Below are positions 58,449 to 64,000 of a DNA stretch of 64,000 nucleotides, in pieces (the first letter of the stretch is position 1; each line of letters begins with the position of its first letter). A program made the translations under genes and the position numbers. The notes beneath the pieces were generated by a model. It was not told the origin of the DNA. It saw only the letters and a list, made by a program, of their open reading frames with translations, and did not search any database. Origin of the DNA: Piromyces finnis finn (Eukaryota; Fungi; Neocallimastigomycota); contig MCFH01000004.1 of assembly GCA_002104945.1 (NCBI GenBank), positions 496,001-560,000 on the forward strand, read 5' to 3'.

Positions 58449-60704
58449 ATGTTTTCGGTAGCTCGATACGATTTTGAAGAAAAACAAAATGAAAGTGATA
58501 ATAATGACAACAACAATAATAATGAATATTTATCAAAAGTTGAAAATAAAATTAAGGAATTAAAAAAAAAGAAAAAAGGCGATAAAAAAAGTAAAAAAGT
58601 AAATGAAGAAAAAAATAAAAATGATAAAGTAAAAGAAGAATCAGAAGCACAATTAAATGAATCTAAAAGTGAAAAAATAATAGAAAAAGAAAATATTGAT
58701 TTAGATGACAGTAAGAAAGAAATCAAAAAGAGAAAAGTTGAAATAGAAATAGAAAATGATAATGAAATATTAGATGATACCAAAGATAAAAATCCACAAC
58801 ATTTAAACAAAAAGAAAAAGGTAACAAATACAAAGGTAAATGAAACAAGAGAAGAGAAAAATAAACTTAAAAAAGAAAAATCATTATTAGGTTTACCAGA
58901 ATGGTTAGCTAAACCAACACTTATATCACCATATATCGAAAAGAATGAAGAAAATGATGTAAATAATTCAAAGTTTTATCTTTCACAAAAAGTTATATCA
59001 TGTTTAAACCAAAGAAAAATAACTCATTTGTTCCCAGTTCAAACAAGTGTATTACCATTTTTATTATCAACTCCAACTTCAACGCGTATGACAGGTGATT
59101 TATGTGTATCAGCACCAACAGGTTCAGGAAAAACATTAGCCTATGTATTACCAATTGTAGAAACTTTATCAAAAAGAATTATACAACGTCTTCGTGCATT
59201 GATTATTTTACCAACTCGTGATTTAGTTGCACAAGTTAAAGAAACATTTAATTATTTTACACAAAAAGCAAATTTAAAGGTTATAGCTATTACAGGTAGT
59301 ATAAGTTTTGCTAATGAACAAAGTCAGTTAATTGATGAAAAGACAGGAAATTGTAAAGTAGATATTGTCATAGCAACACCAGGTAGATTAATAGATCACT
59401 TAAATGGAACACCTGGTTTTACCCTATCCCATTTAAGATATTTGATTATTGATGAAGCTGATCGTTTATTAAATCAACATTATCAAGATTGGTTAAATCA
59501 AGTTTTAAATTGTATAAATTCTAAATCAGAAGAAGATAATACTACTATTATTTCTAATACCTCATTATTTAAAGGAGGATTTAGTGGATTTAACTTTAAT
59601 AAATATGGTTTACCAGAACATTCAGCAAAAACATTTAGAAAGAATAATGCCAATTTAGTTACAGATATGGATTATGACTATTTATCTAACGAAAATAAAT
59701 TAAACCACTGTACACCAGTTCAAAAGTTACTTTTTTCCGCTACATTAACAAGAAACCCAGCAAAAATTGCCTCATTACAATTATTTAATCCAACGTATAT
59801 TTCAGTATCTACTATAGTATCCAATGATGGAAGTGTTAATACTAATGAAGAAACTTTAATAGATACAGAATATGTTATACCACCTGAATTACATGAATTC
59901 ATGATGGTTTGTAAAGATTCAGGTCAAAAACCATTGGCATTATTCCATTTATTATTCAATATTAAAATTAAGAATGCCCTTTGCTTTACTAATTCTCGTG
60001 AATCAGCTCATAGATTAGGTCGTTTAATTGATATATTTAGTAAACTTTGGGAGAAAAAAATAAAAAGTGAAGAAGATGGTATGGAAGAAGATTCAGAATT
60101 TAAACCTGTAGTAACTGCAGTTATATCATCAGAAATGCCTTTAGCAGCTCGTCGAAAGATTTTACATTCTTCAACTCTCCCAACAATTATTATTTGTTCA
60201 GATATTATGGCTCGTGGTCTTGATTTGTCTAATGATTTATCTTTTGATTATGTTATTAATTATGAAATACCAAATCGTCCAAAAACCTATGTTCATCGTG
60301 TTGGTCGTACAGCTAGAGCTGGTAGAGAAGGTGAAGCTATTTCAATTGTAGAAAAACGTGAAGCAAAATGGTTTAAAGATACAATGTCTCGTATTGATCG
60401 TGGAGAAAATAGAAAAGTAAAGAAGCGTAACTTTAAGGATAAAGATATTAGTCCATTCTATGAACTTTATAATGAAGCATTAAAGGAATTAAGAGAAGAA
60501 GTTTATCAAAAGAAATTTAATAAGAAATCAGAAAAGAATCAAAAGCAAGAAGAAGAAGAAGAAGAAGAAGAAAAAGACTATGATGCTAATTCAAGTTCAG
60601 AAGATGAAAGTAGTGATAATGATTCTAGTTCAGATAGCAGTAACAGTAGTGATGAATCAAGTTCAAGTTCGGATAGTGAAGATGATGAAAATGATTCAGA
60701 ATAA
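58449..60704 (+). CDS. DBP6: DEAD-box RNA helicase DDX51/Dbp6 (60S biogenesis), intronless, 751 aa
   Basis: Q motif LFPVQ; DLCVSAPTGSGKTLAYVLPIV; LIILPTRDLVAQV; ATPGRLIDHL; IIDEADRLL; QKLLFSATLTRNPAK; ARGLD; YVHRVGRTARAGREG; N-terminal LGLPEWLAKP typical of Dbp6/DDX51. Confidence 0.93.
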   Translation: MFSVARYDFEEKQNESDNNDNNNNNEYLSKVENKIKELKKKKKGDKKSKKVNEEKNKNDKVKEESEAQLNESKSEKIIEKENIDLDDSKKEIKKRKVEIEIENDNEILDDTKDKNPQHLNKKKKVTNTKVNETREEKNKLKKEKSLLGLPEWLAKPTLISPYIEKNEENDVNNSKFYLSQKVISCLNQRKITHLFPVQTSVLPFLLSTPTSTRMTGDLCVSAPTGSGKTLAYVLPIVETLSKRIIQRLRALIILPTRDLVAQVKETFNYFTQKANLKVIAITGSISFANEQSQLIDEKTGNCKVDIVIATPGRLIDHLNGTPGFTLSHLRYLIIDEADRLLNQHYQDWLNQVLNCINSKSEEDNTTIISNTSLFKGGFSGFNFNKYGLPEHSAKTFRKNNANLVTDMDYDYLSNENKLNHCTPVQKLLFSATLTRNPAKIASLQLFNPTYISVSTIVSNDGSVNTNEETLIDTEYVIPPELHEFMMVCKDSGQKPLALFHLLFNIKIKNALCFTNSRESAHRLGRLIDIFSKLWEKKIKSEEDGMEEDSEFKPVVTAVISSEMPLAARRKILHSSTLPTIIICSDIMARGLDLSNDLSFDYVINYEIPNRPKTYVHRVGRTARAGREGEAISIVEKREAKWFKDTMSRIDRGENRKVKKRNFKDKDISPFYELYNEALKELREEVYQKKFNKKSEKNQKQEEEEEEEEKDYDANSSSEDESSDNDSSSDSSNSSDESSSSSDSEDDENDSE

Positions 60705-61112
60705 AAAAAAAAAGGAAAATTAATTATTTTATTTAGAATAATTTTTTTATTATAACTATTTATTGTTGTAATATTTTAGAAATAGTATAATAATAAGGAC
60801 AATAAATATTGATACAATTCTATTTATTTATTTATTTATTTTTAGTTTTCAAGTTGAGTATAATAATAATAATAACAACAATTTTTATGTTGTTGTCGTA
60901 ATGACCTTTTTTTTTTTTTTTTTTCTCTTTCCTATTAAATTTCATTTATGCAAATTAAAAAAAAAAATTGTGTAAAAAAAAAAGGAAAAAATTAAATGAC
61001 TTTACTAGAATATATTTAAAATATAGAATAATTATATAATAATATTAATCAAAACTAAACAAACTATTTTAAATACTTTCACATATATATTGTAAAGTGT
61101 GTTTTTAAAGTG

Positions 61113-61145
<33 letters not shown>

Positions 61146-61184
61146 TTTTCAAAAAATAAAATTATATATTATGTTATAATGCTA

Positions 61185-61358
61185 TAATACTACTACTACT
61201 AATACTAATACTACTACTAATACTAATATTAATACTACTACTACTACCACTAATATTAATACTAATACTAATATTAATACTACTAATACTAATATTAATA
61301 CTACTAATACTAATACTAATACTAATACTAATACTAATACTAATACTAATACGAATAC

Positions 61359-61390
<32 letters not shown>

Positions 61391-61423
61391 CTAATACTAA
61401 TAATAATAATAATAATAATAAAC

Positions 61424-61483
<60 letters not shown>

Positions 61484-61504
61484 TAATAATAAACATAATA
61501 ATAA

Positions 61505-61585
<81 letters not shown>

Positions 61586-61610
61586 CATAATAATAAACAT
61601 AATAATAAAC

Positions 61611-61705
<95 letters not shown>

Positions 61706-61727
61706 TAGAATAATAATAATAATAATA
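61185..61727. repeat. Compound microsatellite: (ACT)n/(ACTAAT)n followed by (AAT)n with AAC variants
   Basis: Direct reading; source of spurious ORFs 61174..61425, 61182..61496, 61397..61756. Confidence 0.97.
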
Positions 61728-62592
61728 TGGTTATGATAATTATTAATTTTTATCAAAATAAATGTATCATAACAAAAAAGAAATTATAAAGCATAAATTA
61801 ATTTGAATTTTTAAAGTTTATCCATTATCAAAAAATAATTATCCTTTATGATATTTAACGTAACGTGGACAATTTAAAAAACTAACCTAACTTGATTAAA
61901 AATTAAAATTTACATAATCACCAACATTAATTATTTTTTAATTTTTTTTATATTCTTAATTTTGTTAAGAGCATGATATAAGATTTTATTATTTAAATAA
62001 CGAGGAAAGGAATTAATAATATTGATATTACTATTATCCTTATTATTAATATACATATATATATTTAAAAAATAATGAAGTTATAGCATATCATAATATC
62101 TCTAATATTAATGTTAAGATAAATTAGTTTCCATGTGTAATATTAATTCATAACTTTATAAAACTTAAATATTAATATCATTTTAACTTTTCTAAAAATA
62201 ACCTTCTTATTAATATTTTATTATAACTTTGCATGTAATAAAAATTTAGAGAAAAAAAAAATGCTCATATGTAATATGTAGCGTTTATCATATTTTTATA
62301 ATGAAAGAAAGGCGATAGGCTATATTCTTTAATTAAAAATATTTTATTTCATTATAAAATTTTTTATCTTAATATATATTTTTTGAGTTATTGTATTCTA
62401 ATTATTATTCTAATTATTATTATTATTTTAAGCATTTTTTTTTTTTTATATTTAAATTTTTTTATATACTTTTTTTTTTTTTTTTTTTTTATTTCTTTTT
62501 TAATACGTAGTGGGAATATAATAATTTTTAAAATAAAGTCATTCTATCTATTAGCATTAATATATTATAGTAAAAAAAAAAAAAAAAAAAAA

Positions 62593-64000
62593 ATGGAAAT
62601 AATTCAGAGTACAATAAAAACAGATGACTATGATAAAATATATAATTTTTTTGATAAAAATATTGGGATAGATCTTGGTTATATAAATAAACCCAATTTT
62701 GATATATTAATTTACTGTTTAAGAAACCAAATATCGTATCCTATTATTGAATTGATCGTAAAACGATTTTATTCCAATTTAAATTATGAAACAAGTGCTG
62801 GTGAAACGCCATTCTTTGTTGCTCTCGAATATAATAAATTTAAAATTGCAAAATTATTATTAAATCATGGTGCTAACATAAATTTTTGTAATCAACGAGG
62901 GGAAAATGCCGTATTTTATTTATTATCAAATGATCATTTAAATTCAAAATCCTTAATTTTTTTATTAAAAAACAATAGTAACATTAGATATACTAATAGA
63001 AATAGAAAATTTATTCTTTTAAAAGAATTGATAACTCATGAAAAACTCTATCTAATTCGAACCTATATTAATTATATCAATTTAAAAATTAATAATGATT
63101 TAATTTCAGGTTTAATTTATGCTTCAAAATCAAACCAAAAAAAAAGTAATCAAGAAATATACGATATTTTAAAAGAGGCAAAAAAAGAATTTTTAAAGGA
63201 AACTAGCATAGATGAACAACTATTTTTAAATGCCATTTTAACAAATAATATTGAAATAGTAAACTATTTTTATTCTTTGAATATTGATTTTATTAAAAAT
63301 TACTTTTCTAGAAATGAAGTATTGACAACTATTTGCAAGGGCAATCGACTCGATTTAATACAATTTGCTATTGAACATGGATCTAATGTAAATGAAAGGG
63401 ATGCAGAGACTGGTGATACTGGATTAATGATAGCTTGCCAAAAAGAGAATATGGATGTAATAAAGTATTTAATAAATCATACCGCTGATGTTAATCTAAA
63501 AAATAATAGTAACTCTACCGCATTAATGTATGCTAGTGAATTAGGTAATCTTTCCATTGTAAAATTCTTACTGGAAAACGCCTCAAATATTGATGATAAA
63601 GATAAGCATAACAATACAGCATTAGTTATTGCATGTAGAAAAGGTGTTAAGGATGTCATCGAATGCTTGATAGATCATCAAGCAAAATTGAATGAAAGGG
63701 GAACCTATGGAGATACAGCATTAATCACTGCCTATGAAAATGGTTACATAGAAATAGTGAAATATTTGGTAGAACATCATGCAGATATTAATGTTAGAAG
63801 TGATAATGGTGCTACTGTATTAATGAGTGCTTGTGAGAGAGAAGATTTGGATATGATTAAATATTTTATTGATCATCAAGCTAATATTAATGAAAGAGAT
63901 AATGTAGGATTTACTCCTTTAATGAATGCATGTGATAAGGGAAATCTTGTATTGGCAAAATATTTAATTGAACATAATGCAAATATCAATGAAAAAGATG
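62593..64000 (+). CDS. Ankyrin-repeat protein, intronless, 3'-truncated by the window edge
   Basis: Open frame from ATG 62593 to the window end (absent from the ORF track because no stop). Repeats such as GETPFFVALEYNKFKIAKLLLNHGANIN, GDTGLMIACQKENMDVIKYLINHTADVN, NSTALMYASELGNLSIVKFLLENASNID, GFTPLMNACDKGNLVLAKYLIEHNANIN. Confidence 0.92.
   Translation, partial: MEIIQSTIKTDDYDKIYNFFDKNIGIDLGYINKPNFDILIYCLRNQISYPIIELIVKRFYSNLNYETSAGETPFFVALEYNKFKIAKLLLNHGANINFCNQRGENAVFYLLSNDHLNSKSLIFLLKNNSNIRYTNRNRKFILLKELITHEKLYLIRTYINYINLKINNDLISGLIYASKSNQKKSNQEIYDILKEAKKEFLKETSIDEQLFLNAILTNNIEIVNYFYSLNIDFIKNYFSRNEVLTTICKGNRLDLIQFAIEHGSNVNERDAETGDTGLMIACQKENMDVIKYLINHTADVNLKNNSNSTALMYASELGNLSIVKFLLENASNIDDKDKHNNTALVIACRKGVKDVIECLIDHQAKLNERGTYGDTALITAYENGYIEIVKYLVEHHADINVRSDNGATVLMSACEREDLDMIKYFIDHQANINERDNVGFTPLMNACDKGNLVLAKYLIEHNANINEKD

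Overview
This is very AT-rich, intron-containing eukaryotic DNA (GT-AG introns, long poly-A/T runs, (AAT)n microsatellites). An axonemal inner-arm dynein, fungal-type housekeeping genes and an intronless ankyrin-repeat gene together suggest a zoosporic fungus, most likely an anaerobic gut fungus (Neocallimastigomycota); this is inference. By manual splicing I reconstruct 14 protein-coding genes, several missed or fragmented by the ORF track: AN1 zinc finger (+), ribophorin II/Swp1 (-), Vps55 (-), a very long B-type cyclin (+), Boi/Pob1-like SH3-SAM-PH scaffold (-), USP14/Ubp6 (+, 18 exons), DNAH1-like dynein (-), Nsp1/Nup62 (-), BORCS6-like (-), MYG1 (+), P4-ATPase flippase (-), RPLP1 (+), DDX51/Dbp6 (+) and an ankyrin-repeat protein running off the right edge (+). 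I see no rRNA, tRNA, CRISPR array, transposase or functional gene cluster, and no novel multi-gene system that I can support. The best leads are small-scale: a cyclin B with a ~700-aa disordered N-terminus whose KEN degrons are multiplied by a 48-bp minisatellite; an intronic hairpin enclosing an alternative, stop-generating 3' splice site in the AN1 gene; an unresolved or non-canonical first intron in Vps55; diagnostic substrate residues in the flippase; and candidate regulatory motifs (PAC-like, telomere-like, phased 11-bp repeats). All coordinates were read by eye; exon boundaries need RNA-seq confirmation.
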